This document shows positions 22,482-31,862 of a stretch of DNA of 64,000 nt, one piece after another. The stretch comes from Rhodospirillales bacterium (GTDB taxonomy: Bacteria > Pseudomonadota > Alphaproteobacteria > Bin95). Under the pieces are notes generated by a model. The model saw nothing but the letters and a program-made list of their open reading frames with translations. It did not search any database and was not told the DNA's origin. Within the stretch, counting starts at the first letter, position 1. Every line of letters starts with the position of its first letter. The DNA lies in NCBI GenBank assembly GCA_038143065.1, contig JAYQLI010000035.1, forward strand, positions 2,792,225 through 2,856,224, written 5' to 3'. Made by a program: the position numbers and the translations under genes.

Positions 22482-23741
22482 ATGGCTCTTACAGAGGCTG
22501 ACCTAAGCCGTCTTGCCGCGGCAGTTGACGAAGAACGGCTTTGGCAGATGCATATGGAAATGGCTAAATTCGGAGCAACGCCCCGCGGTGGTGTTTGCCG
22601 CGAATGTCTTACGCCCGAAGATATTCAAGCTAGACTGCTTCTTAAAAGATGGGCGGAAGACTTAGGCTGCGATGTTTCAATTGATGCGATAGGAAATATG
22701 TTCGTCCGTCGCAACGGATCGGATATGGCCGCTCTCCCCATTGCTACAGGTAGCCATCTGGATAGTCAGCCAACGGGTGGAAAATTTGATGGTGCCTATG
22801 GAGTGTTGGCAGGCATCGAAATGCTATACGCCATGCGTGATGCAAATATTCAAACTGAGCGCTCCATTGAGGTAGTAAATTTTACTAATGAAGAGGGAGG
22901 ACGTTTTCAGCCTGGCGTAATGGGAAGCCAGGTTTTTGTTCGCCCAAATGAGTTGGAACGAATGCTTGGGGTGGTTGGAACAGATGGTGTGACCATGGCA
23001 GACGCTTTGGCTGCCTTTATGGCGGAGGTTGGTCCTGTAAATACCAAACCTTTGAAAGCACCTTTTGCAGGTTTTGTAGAAGCACACATAGAGCAAGCTC
23101 CAAGACTGGAAGAAACAGGAAATACAATTGGTGTAGTTACGGGTATACAGGGCGCCCGGAAGTATCAGGTAACTGTGAAGGGTGAGGAAGCACATTCAGG
23201 CACGATGCCCATGCGTCGAAGAAAAGACGCGGTGTTAGCAGCATCAAAAATGGTGGTAGCTCTGCATGAATTAATGGCTGATCCAGATGACTTAACCCGG
23301 TTCAATGTTGGACGTTTCCAGGCTTATCCAGGTGCTCCTTCCGTTGTTCCAGGAGAAGTCCGTTTTTCAATTGATTTTCGATGTCCTAATGATGACCAGC
23401 GCGAGGTATTAGGTAATCGTATCGCTGAAGTTTGTTCAACTGTGGCCGGCCCATGTGATGTGGAGGTAAATGAAATCCAGCGCGCAGAGACAACACCTTT
23501 TGACCCGGGTGTCATGCAGATCATAGCTAGAGCAGCAGATCGTATTAATTGCCCCAGAATGGATTTACTTTCTGGTGCAGCACACGATGCTCGAAACATG
23601 GTGCGGATTTGCCCCCCCGGGATGGTCTTTATTCCTTGTGAGGGAGGTATTAGCCACAATGAGGTCGAATCTGCGACGCCTTCTGACCTAGCTGCAGGCG
23701 CAAGAGTGATTGCCCAAACTGTTGCCGAGATGGCGGGATAA
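22482..23741 (+). CDS. M20 N-carbamoyl-amino acid amidohydrolase family (hydantoinase/carbamoylase type)
   Basis: GSHLDSQPTGGKFDG, NEEGGRF, EAHIEQ, SGAAHDA, GISHNEVE; AGGAG RBS. Confidence 0.9.
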   Translation: MALTEADLSRLAAAVDEERLWQMHMEMAKFGATPRGGVCRECLTPEDIQARLLLKRWAEDLGCDVSIDAIGNMFVRRNGSDMAALPIATGSHLDSQPTGGKFDGAYGVLAGIEMLYAMRDANIQTERSIEVVNFTNEEGGRFQPGVMGSQVFVRPNELERMLGVVGTDGVTMADALAAFMAEVGPVNTKPLKAPFAGFVEAHIEQAPRLEETGNTIGVVTGIQGARKYQVTVKGEEAHSGTMPMRRRKDAVLAASKMVVALHELMADPDDLTRFNVGRFQAYPGAPSVVPGEVRFSIDFRCPNDDQREVLGNRIAEVCSTVAGPCDVEVNEIQRAETTPFDPGVMQIIARAADRINCPRMDLLSGAAHDARNMVRICPPGMVFIPCEGGISHNEVESATPSDLAAGARVIAQTVAEMAG

Positions 23742-23766
23742 ACACTCTACAGGAGAAACTGAAATT

Positions 23767-24228
23767 ATGACTTGGCGCGTTTACCTATCTGGAGAAATCC
23801 ATACATCATGGCGTGATGAAATTGCGCTGGCTGTTGCAGAAAAAGGACTGCCAGTGGAATTTACAGCTCCAGTGACTGACCATGATGCATCAGACGATTG
23901 TGGGGTGTTAATCATGGGGGCTGAAGAAAAAAAATTCTGGCATGATCATAAAGGCGCGAAGCTCAATGCTATTCGCACGCGGACGTTAATAGAGAAGGCT
24001 GATATCGTGATTGTCCGCTTTGGTGAGAAATATAAGCAATGGAATGCTGCATTTGATGCTGGGTTGGCGGCGGCTTTGGGCAAAAGCCTTATCGTTATGC
24101 ATCAGCCGGAGCACGCTCATGCGCTTAAGGAAGTGGATGCTGCGGCGCTCGCTGTTATTGAGCAGCCAAAGCAAGCAGCACTAATTTTAGATTATATAAT
24201 AAATGGCTCAGTACCTGAGGCATTATAG
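23767..24228 (+). CDS. YtoQ-family protein
   Basis: VYLSGEIHTSWR, RFGEKYKQWNAAFDAG, HALKEVD. Confidence 0.88.
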   Translation: MTWRVYLSGEIHTSWRDEIALAVAEKGLPVEFTAPVTDHDASDDCGVLIMGAEEKKFWHDHKGAKLNAIRTRTLIEKADIVIVRFGEKYKQWNAAFDAGLAAALGKSLIVMHQPEHAHALKEVDAAALAVIEQPKQAALILDYIINGSVPEAL

Positions 24229-24253
24229 AATTTGCTTTATTTAAAACTGACTT

Positions 24254-25057
24254 ATGGAGAGCCAAATGGCCGTTGTAGAAACTGAAACGCGAGGCCAGGT
24301 CCTGATTGTTCGGATGAACAGGCCAGAGGTGTTGAATGCTTTGAATTATGAGCTGCGAGTAGGCCTCGCTGAGACTTGGACCATGTTCAGAGAGTCTTCG
24401 GATCTAGAGGTTGCTGTGTTTACGGGCACAGGGCGAGGTTTTTGCGCTGGCGAAGATATGAAAGAGGCCCTGAAAGATAACACACCAGGTGGCCGATCCA
24501 TCCCAATCGCTGACCCGTTTAAGGATGGTACATTAGAGAAACCTGTTATTGGGGCCATAAATGGCTTTGCAATGGGCGGTGGTTTCATGCTGGTGGAAGG
24601 GACAGATCTTCGTGTTGCAGCAGACAACGCGATATTCGAGGTTTCTGAAGCTAAACGTTGGTTACTTGGGGGATATAACCACGGTCATATTGCCAACATG
24701 CCTTTCCCGGTGGCCATGGAAATGGCTATGGGCTTTCGCTTTACTGCACAACGTTTCTATGAGCTTGGTTTTGTAAATCGCCTTGCTCCAGCTGAAAAAG
24801 TCGTGGACTTAGCAGTTGAGATGGCGGAGCATTTATTGACATTACCCCCAGCTGCGCGAGTTAACACTGTGCATATGATGCGTCGTATGCGTCCTCAGGT
24901 CAGCAGCGCCCATGCTGCCCTTGCCACAAGATTGCATGAGCATGGCGATAAGTCTGATCTGATTGAAAGCAGAGCAGCGTTTGCAGAAAAGAGAAAACCA
25001 AATTTCAAGGGATGGTTGAAGCCAGAGGATCGCTTCAATCTTCCAGATCTTGAATAG
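24254..25057 (+). CDS. Enoyl-CoA hydratase/isomerase family protein
   Basis: NRPEVLNALN, FCAGEDMK, KPVIGAINGFAMGGG, AFAEKRKPNFKG. Confidence 0.9.
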   Translation: MESQMAVVETETRGQVLIVRMNRPEVLNALNYELRVGLAETWTMFRESSDLEVAVFTGTGRGFCAGEDMKEALKDNTPGGRSIPIADPFKDGTLEKPVIGAINGFAMGGGFMLVEGTDLRVAADNAIFEVSEAKRWLLGGYNHGHIANMPFPVAMEMAMGFRFTAQRFYELGFVNRLAPAEKVVDLAVEMAEHLLTLPPAARVNTVHMMRRMRPQVSSAHAALATRLHEHGDKSDLIESRAAFAEKRKPNFKGWLKPEDRFNLPDLE

Positions 25058-25586
25058 GTTGACTGTTCGGAATTAGTTGAACTTGCAGTGTGTCCGGACC
25101 TAAGCGTGCGAGTGTATGTGAAATTTTTTCACCACCTATGCAGAGGTCTGGCGCAATTTCCAGTAATGGCTGCAACACGAAGCCTCGCTCTTTGTAGTGC
25201 CGATGTGGGATAGTGAGGTCTGACTTTTCTAAACGGATTTCTCCATAGAAAATTATGTCAATATCGATAACGCGCGGTCCCTTTGGTTGTGTCGGTAGTC
25301 GACCTATAGCTTGTTCAATGGCCTGGCACCCAGCCAACAGATCGAAGGGTGGGAGTGAGGTAACATAAATGGCTGCAGAGTTAATAAACCAGTCTTGTGG
25401 AACACCTCCCCAGGGCTCGGTTCGGTAAAGGCTAGATCGGCGCTTTAAATGTGTTCTGGGCAAAGCCGCAACTGCTGCTATAGCCCTCTCCACGGCATCT
25501 GGGGCATTTCCAAGATTAGCGCCGAAAGATAGCCCTGTTATGATGTTTGCTTCATCCACCGTTTTAATCTCGGGTGAAGGATTCAT
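25035..25586 (-). CDS. folK: 6-hydroxymethyl-7,8-dihydropterin pyrophosphokinase
   Basis: GANLG, SSLYRTEPWG, QDWFIN, GPRVIDIDI, IPH, RGFVLQPL. Confidence 0.93.
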   Translation of the reverse strand: MNPSPEIKTVDEANIITGLSFGANLGNAPDAVERAIAAVAALPRTHLKRRSSLYRTEPWGGVPQDWFINSAAIYVTSLPPFDLLAGCQAIEQAIGRLPTQPKGPRVIDIDIIFYGEIRLEKSDLTIPHRHYKERGFVLQPLLEIAPDLCIGGEKISHTLARLGPDTLQVQLIPNSQPIQDLED

Positions 25587-26382
25587 AGAAATCTAGCATC
25601 TCCCGATGCTCTCGAACGTTATGAACTCTTATGCAGGCTGTATTACCTGATAATATAGCTAAGAGATTTGCCGTAAGCGTGCCTGGGAGCCTAGCCGTTG
25701 TTTCCGACTGTCCAGAATAAAAACCTATAAATCTTTTTCTGCTCAAGCCAATAAGAACTGGAAAACCAAGGGAAGATATTACTTTTAAATTTTTTAAAAT
25801 ATGCAAATTCTGTTGGGCATTTTTTCCAAAGCCAAATCCTGGATCAAGCATGATTTGGTCGTCATCCACTCCGGCAAGTCTGGCAATTTTTAGCGATTTC
25901 TCAAGGAAACGTAGAACGTCTGACAGAATATCAATTCCGGCATCATCACTATCGCGATTATGCATAAGAATTGACGGCGCACCTGTCTCTGCCGCTACGT
26001 GTGCCATATGGGGGTCCCTTTGAAATCCCCAAACGTCGTTGATGATATCCGCCCCAGCTTTCAATGCTTCTCGTGCCGTCGATGCTTTATAAGAATCAAT
26101 TGATATGAGCGCTGTTTTTTCTTTTTTTAATTCTTTTATCACAGGAATTACGCGACTTTTTTCGGTCGCACTATCCAGAGGAATATGTCCGGGCCGAGTG
26201 GACTCACCACCAATATCAATGATGTCAGCCCCTTCGTTAATCATTTGCTGCCCACTATTGGTGGCCACTTTTGGGTCGAGGTTTTTACCACCATCAGAAA
26301 AGCTGTCTGGTGTGACATTGATAACGCCCATCAAAAGGGGCCTATTTGGGTTCTGTCTCCAAAGACCTTGTGTTGACTTCAT
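25564..26382 (-). CDS. folP: Dihydropteroate synthase
   Basis: MGVINVTPDSFSDGG, DIGGESTRPG, DPGFGFGK, SRKRF, RVHNV. Confidence 0.96.
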   Translation of the reverse strand: MKSTQGLWRQNPNRPLLMGVINVTPDSFSDGGKNLDPKVATNSGQQMINEGADIIDIGGESTRPGHIPLDSATEKSRVIPVIKELKKEKTALISIDSYKASTAREALKAGADIINDVWGFQRDPHMAHVAAETGAPSILMHNRDSDDAGIDILSDVLRFLEKSLKIARLAGVDDDQIMLDPGFGFGKNAQQNLHILKNLKVISSLGFPVLIGLSRKRFIGFYSGQSETTARLPGTLTANLLAILSGNTACIRVHNVREHREMLDFYESFTRD

Positions 26383-28620
26383 TTACTTAGACGTGGCGAT
26401 GTATACGCCGTCCCAATCTTCGCCAGGCGGGAATAATTTAAAATCTGTGATCCGTCCCTCATAAAGTGAATAAAGTTCAGATAAATCAAATGGGGCCATT
26501 TGTTCTCTGCAAGTTTTGATCAGCCCGAGGGCTATATCCCAATCTTGATTAAGATAGGCTGCAAGCATCGCCTTATGGTCGCGTTCTAGGGAGTTGAACT
26601 CTTGGCTGAGTAACACGTCTTCTTCACCCAGCACACAGTATATTCGAACGGGTTCAGTTTTTCCTTTAACCTGAATTAAATCGAGTTCCAAAGTCGCTTT
26701 ATTATTCAACTGGGCAAAGGTATTTTCTCCAATAACAATATCTACTCCATAAGTTTTAGACTGGCCTTCAAGTCGAGACGCCAAATTAACGTCATCGCCT
26801 AGGACAGAGTAGTCAAACCTCTGATCAGACCCCATGTTGCCCACACAGACAATTCCGGAATTTAGTCCAATTCCAATGTTTACAGGAATGAATTTGCGAT
26901 TTTCAGATTCCGCTTCAACTTTAATCTCTTGATTTAGTACTTTAAGTTTTCGCATCATTTCCAGAGCAGACTCGACACCATGATCAGCATGGTTTTCGTC
27001 ATCAAGCGGCGCATTCCAAAAAGCCATAATACAGTCGCCCATATATTTATCGATTGTGCCTTCTCGGCTCATAATTACATCGGTCATAGGCGTTAAAAAT
27101 TTATTAATAAATGCAGTTAGTTCCTCGGCATTGAATTGCTCTGATATAGTTGTGAAGCCGCGCACATCGCAAAAAAGAAGGGTCATGTCACGCATTTCCC
27201 CACCTAGCTTCAGAAGGTTTGGGTTCTCTGCTAATTTTTCTACCATCGCAGGCGACATGTATTGTGAAAATGCACCCCGAATTTGTTTCTTTTCAGATTC
27301 TGTCTGCATGTAGGCTTGAAGCGATGTAATTAAGTAGACAGCTAACCCCGCAAAGATTGGATAAATCGGGTCAAGAAGTAGTCCTTCAGAAGAAAACATC
27401 TCCCATGATGCTGCTACTGCCCCCCCGGAGCATACAAGGCCAATTACTGCGGTAATAAGAGCGCCAACACGTCTCCAGCGCACGCCGAAGTAAACAATTA
27501 AGCCCAGCGAAACCATGAGCAGCAGTTCGAGACCATCTGCCCAATCCGGTCTCGTTAGAAATTGACCTGAAAAGATTTGCTCAAGAGCTTGAACATGCAA
27601 TTCAACGCCTGGGACTGCAATAGACAGAGGGCTAGAGCGAATATCCCGAAGGCCTTGGGCGCTAGTTCCAATAAATATTACTCTGCCCTCAATCTCCTTT
27701 GGGTCAAAATTACTATCCATTACCTCTGCAACTGATATGAAACGCTCTGGCTGATGTCCTGTGTCATACAACCATAGAGCCCCATGCTTATCGGTTGGAA
27801 AATTAAAGTCGCCAACTGATGCGGCTACGATGCCAGTTTGTTCTCCAAATGCTTGCTCACCGGAAGCTCCAGATGATTTTATGCGATACGTGCTAGCCCC
27901 TTGGGCCACGCGCAATGTCTCGGGAACTAGTGTTGGATAGAGGGTATCGTTTAAGACTACAAACAGAGGTACCCGCCTCACTATGTTGTCAGTATCTGGT
28001 GCGCTGTTAAAGCTTGCTTGGCCGAGCGCCTGCTTCTCAAATATTTTTAAATTTGTGGCTGAGCCTGTGTAACTGGGCAAAAAAGGAAGCGGGTCATCGC
28101 CTAATTGGGCCAAACCGAAATTTTTTCCAGGTGTCGCATCATTGGTTTCGTTGTGGAGGGCAAAACCCAAAATAACAGCGGATTGACCAATGGCAGATGC
28201 GAATAATTGATCGTGGTCAGGCAGCTTGGTCCCTAAGGAAGAGAATTTTTTTATATTTTCGTCATCACTTAGAGACATCCATTCTTTAACAAGCGTACTG
28301 GGTGAAGTCCGATCAGGTTCGGCAAAAACTACGTCGAACACCACTATTGCAGCGCCCGCGTTGCTTAATCTCTCAAGAAGGGAAGCTAGCAATGGTCTAG
28401 GCCATGGCCATTGACCAAATTTCTTTAGGGATGCCTCGTCAATATCGACAATTCGGGCAGGAGTTTCTTCGGAATTGAAGGTGCGTGGTTTGATTTTTTG
28501 ATAGTTGTCAAAGACCTTTAATCTTAACTCTTGGACGATCTGAGGGTCTTCCAAACGCATGTAAACCGCGCTGGAAAGAACCAGTAAGGGCAACAGTATA
28601 GATAACCAACGTCGGACCAA
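26383..28620 (-). CDS. CHASE2-domain class III adenylate/guanylate cyclase
   Basis: VDIDEASL..FGQWPWPR, PGVELH, three TM helices, FCDVRGFT, DKYMGDCIMAFWNAP, GDDVNLASRLE, VKGK. Confidence 0.94.
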   Translation of the reverse strand: MVRRWLSILLPLLVLSSAVYMRLEDPQIVQELRLKVFDNYQKIKPRTFNSEETPARIVDIDEASLKKFGQWPWPRPLLASLLERLSNAGAAIVVFDVVFAEPDRTSPSTLVKEWMSLSDDENIKKFSSLGTKLPDHDQLFASAIGQSAVILGFALHNETNDATPGKNFGLAQLGDDPLPFLPSYTGSATNLKIFEKQALGQASFNSAPDTDNIVRRVPLFVVLNDTLYPTLVPETLRVAQGASTYRIKSSGASGEQAFGEQTGIVAASVGDFNFPTDKHGALWLYDTGHQPERFISVAEVMDSNFDPKEIEGRVIFIGTSAQGLRDIRSSPLSIAVPGVELHVQALEQIFSGQFLTRPDWADGLELLLMVSLGLIVYFGVRWRRVGALITAVIGLVCSGGAVAASWEMFSSEGLLLDPIYPIFAGLAVYLITSLQAYMQTESEKKQIRGAFSQYMSPAMVEKLAENPNLLKLGGEMRDMTLLFCDVRGFTTISEQFNAEELTAFINKFLTPMTDVIMSREGTIDKYMGDCIMAFWNAPLDDENHADHGVESALEMMRKLKVLNQEIKVEAESENRKFIPVNIGIGLNSGIVCVGNMGSDQRFDYSVLGDDVNLASRLEGQSKTYGVDIVIGENTFAQLNNKATLELDLIQVKGKTEPVRIYCVLGEEDVLLSQEFNSLERDHKAMLAAYLNQDWDIALGLIKTCREQMAPFDLSELYSLYEGRITDFKLFPPGEDWDGVYIATSK

Positions 28621-28904
28621 TGTTCATCAACTCAAATAGAAAAAAGACCGGGTCAAGGTACTCCGAACACCCATACAGGTCTATGCCGCGATCTTTTTTG
28701 GAATATCAAAGTTAGACAGAATATCTCTGCTTTATTCTTCAATCAGCAAAAAACTTGATGACCATTAAATATGGTCTCAGTGCAGCTGAATAATTGAAAG
28801 ATACAAACCTTGCTTGTGGTAAATCTACAAATATGGAGCCACGATACGCTGGTCTTACCCAATTTCTTTTGACAGATGAATTTTGATCATTGGCTCTTTG
28901 AGCC

Positions 28905-29750
28905 TTAATCTATTATCCGCTTAACATACATTGGAAGAGCAAAAGCGGCTTTGTGCACTTCAGGACTATAATAATTAGTCGTGAAGTTTGCTTTTTTAAA
29001 CCGCTCCTCCAAGGTGCTCAGCTGTACCTGACGGAGGCTTTTATCGTCTGTTGCCCATCCTAATGCCATCATTCCAAAAGCGTAAGTGGGAACAGTTATC
29101 ACGTATGCTGAGCCATCGTTGAATAGATCTCGGAAGTGAGTAACCGACCCCGCTAGTTCACTCGCTTGCAGGAACGGCACACCATTCTGAGTAACAAGGA
29201 TGCCACTTTCTGTAAGGCATCGTTTGCAATTCGCGTAGAAAATTTTTGAAAAGAGGACTTCGCCTGGCCCTTGAGGATCTGTTGAGTCCACCAAAATAAC
29301 ATCAAATTTTTCATTTGTTTCGGCTACAAATTTTGCCCCGTCGCCGATGATTAAATTAGTGCGTTTGTCCTCAAACGCTCCCTGATTCAGTTCCTGGAAA
29401 TGTTCCTTGGCAAGATCGATGACTCCGCCATCGAGCTCGACCATGGTAACTTTTTCAATTGATGGGTGTTTGAGAGCCTCTTCTAATAGTCCCCCGTCAC
29501 CACCGCCAATAATTAGAACTGCCTTGGGGCTGGGGTGCGAAAACAGAGGCACATGAGCCAGCATTTCATGATAGACAAACTCGTCACCCAACGTAGTCTG
29601 TACAACGTTATCCAGTACTAAAATTTTCCCGAGGCGGCCGTTTGAGATTACTTTGGCGTCTTGAAATTCCGTGCGTCCCTCGTACAGGATTTCATCAACA
29701 CGAAGACTCTGGGCTAAATCCGAATGTAAAATTTCGGTGAACCAGTTCAT
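28905..29750 (-). CDS. speE: Spermidine synthase (polyamine aminopropyltransferase)
   Basis: DEFVYHEMLAH, VLIIGGGDGG, DVILVDSTDPQGPG. Confidence 0.96.
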   Translation of the reverse strand: MNWFTEILHSDLAQSLRVDEILYEGRTEFQDAKVISNGRLGKILVLDNVVQTTLGDEFVYHEMLAHVPLFSHPSPKAVLIIGGGDGGLLEEALKHPSIEKVTMVELDGGVIDLAKEHFQELNQGAFEDKRTNLIIGDGAKFVAETNEKFDVILVDSTDPQGPGEVLFSKIFYANCKRCLTESGILVTQNGVPFLQASELAGSVTHFRDLFNDGSAYVITVPTYAFGMMALGWATDDKSLRQVQLSTLEERFKKANFTTNYYSPEVHKAAFALPMYVKRIID

Positions 29751-29782
29751 GAGAAGATAGTCTCCGCACTTGGGTGTCTAAC

Positions 29783-29844
29783 AAACAAGTTGGCCCTCGC
29801 GCTACTCCCTTGCGTCATTGAGGAGTAGCCGAAGGCCAATGTTT
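29783..29844. promoter_or_regulatory. Long imperfect inverted repeat between speD and speE
   Basis: AAACA..TTGGCC..GCTACTCC / GGAGTAGC..GGCCAA-TGTTT. Confidence 0.6.
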
Positions 29845-29865
29845 AATCGAACTTAAACCAGAGGA

Positions 29866-30383
29866 TTAAACCTTAAGGCCTCGCCGATTTTCGATCACCT
29901 GAACATTGCCTGGCTTAAAGGCCCGTTTCAAAACTGGGATAGCTTTATATGGGTCGCACTCTCCACACATAAAAACGTCCAAAGCGGCGTATCCGGTCTC
30001 TCTGGCCAAGTGTGGATTGTGATATGGCTTTCCGCCAAAATTACGACCCCTGATACTCCACCATTTGGCTCGAAGTGGTGCAAATCAGAATTTAATATAG
30101 TCGCACCACCTGCGAGCGCAGCCTCTTTCAAGGCCTGCTCAATGCCCTCAAGGTCATCAAGACCACTGGCTTCGTTGAGATCGATAAGGAGATGGGTGCC
30201 TGCAAAGGTGACGCCATCTTTATGCACAAAGAAGTCCCTCCGTTCGGACTCCATACTATCGCCATCATGCTCGACGAGTTGGGGGTGAAAACGCTCGGAA
30301 GGCTGAACAGCGGACGCGGACTCAGCTGAGTCCCCGTACCCCGCAACCACAGCCAGCTCTGCGAAAGGGCGATTATTCGACAT
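29866..30383 (-). CDS. speD: S-adenosylmethionine decarboxylase proenzyme (frameshift at GA repeat near 29998)
   Basis: GTHLLIDL, GGVSGVVILAESHITIHTWPE (E-S cleavage site); alternative frame continues TGYAALDVFMCG...RRGLKV*. Confidence 0.93.
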
Positions 30384-30575
30384 CGCTCGTCCTCCGTAAA
30401 ACCGGTGAGGGGGGGTTGACGCAAAGAACGCGGTTTCTAGTGGTTTGAACGTTCTCTTGCAAGCATAAATTTCACTTCAACCCGTATTTTTTTACTTGAA
30501 TGCTTGAACTGCGTTGACCCGTCGCATTCTGGCTATTGTTTTTGAAGACCCGTATAGAAACTGAAACCTTAAGGA

Positions 30576-31862
30576 ATGATGCATATGGCTCCCCACCTAA
30601 TTGAGAATGTCATTGGACGTCGCGTCTGGGATTCGCGAGGCCGCCCTACGGTTGAAGCAGAGGTTTTCTTATCTGGGGGTGCTATAGGACGAGCTATTGC
30701 ACCAGCGGGTGCCTCCACTGGTTCAGGAGAAGCGGTTGATCGGAGAGATGGTGGATCTGCTTTTGGTGGAATGGATGTGAAGGGTGCTGTTTCTGCTGTT
30801 ACCAATGAGATTTCAAAAGTGATCCGAGGGCTTGATGCCAGAGAGCAAGCTAGCATTGATTTGGCAATGATCCAGGCTGATGGAACCGAAAATCGAGGAA
30901 GAATTGGTGCTAACGCTATAGTTGCAGTTTCGATGGCAGTTGCATGGGCAGCAGCTGCACAGTCAAAGGAACCGCTTTGGCGAATTTTGGGTACAGATGC
31001 CGTCCAGATGCCACTACCAGAAATTCAAATATTTGGGGGAGGCGCACATGCTGGAAGACGCGTGGATGTCCAAGATTTTTTAATTGTATGTCCCGGAGCC
31101 GAGTCGTTCGCGCAAGCACTGGATTGGACAGCAGAGATATATCGTAGTGCAGGTGCTTTAATGGAGGACAGAGGAAAACTCATGGGTGTTGCAGACGAGG
31201 GTGGTTTTTGGCCAGCCTTTGATAGAAATGAGGAGGCCTTGGATGCGTTAACACTTGCTATTCAAAATGCTGGATTTAAAGCGCCAGACGATGTTGCAAT
31301 AGCATTGGATATTGCCTCAAGCGAATTTGGTCATCGAGGGAGATACAAGTTAGCTCTAGAGGCTCGCGATCTTTCCAGCGAGGAAATGGCAGACCAAATT
31401 CAAGACTGGACAAGCCGATACCCTATTGTTTCTGTCGAGGACCCTTTAGCAGAAGATGATTGGGACGGTATGGCAGAACTAACAAAAAGAATTGGTAATA
31501 AGGTTCAGATTGTTGGAGATGATTTTCTGGTAACTGATGCGGTTAGAGTAAAGCAGGCTGCGGAAATAGGTGCCTGTAATACTGTTCTTTTAAAGCCTAA
31601 CCAGCGCGGTACGCTCACGGAAACTTTAGCTGCTTGGGAGGCCGCAAAAAAAGCAAATTTTGGTGCTATTGTTTCTGCCCGTTCAGGGGAAACAGAGGAT
31701 ACAACGATTATTCATCTAGCTGTTGGATGGGGGGTGCCTCAGTTCAAAGTTGGGTCTTTTACGAGGTCTGAAAGAATGGCCAAATGGAATGAAGCCATAA
31801 GGATTGAGGAAGAGTTGGGAGCAAAAGCAACTTTTGCGGGTCACTCAGCGCTGCGTCGATAA
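30576..31862 (+). CDS. eno: Enolase-family protein with atypical active-site motifs
   Basis: DSRGRPTVE, GASTG, DEGG, DIASSEF, EDP, GDD, RSGETED, RSERMAKWN. Confidence 0.85.
   Translation: MMHMAPHLIENVIGRRVWDSRGRPTVEAEVFLSGGAIGRAIAPAGASTGSGEAVDRRDGGSAFGGMDVKGAVSAVTNEISKVIRGLDAREQASIDLAMIQADGTENRGRIGANAIVAVSMAVAWAAAAQSKEPLWRILGTDAVQMPLPEIQIFGGGAHAGRRVDVQDFLIVCPGAESFAQALDWTAEIYRSAGALMEDRGKLMGVADEGGFWPAFDRNEEALDALTLAIQNAGFKAPDDVAIALDIASSEFGHRGRYKLALEARDLSSEEMADQIQDWTSRYPIVSVEDPLAEDDWDGMAELTKRIGNKVQIVGDDFLVTDAVRVKQAAEIGACNTVLLKPNQRGTLTETLAAWEAAKKANFGAIVSARSGETEDTTIIHLAVGWGVPQFKVGSFTRSERMAKWNEAIRIEEELGAKATFAGHSALRR

Noticed and set aside
29990-30005. Polyamine-regulated, antizyme-like frameshifting in speD
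   Set aside because: An extra GA in a GA dinucleotide run explains it, and it is indistinguishable from background indel error without reads.
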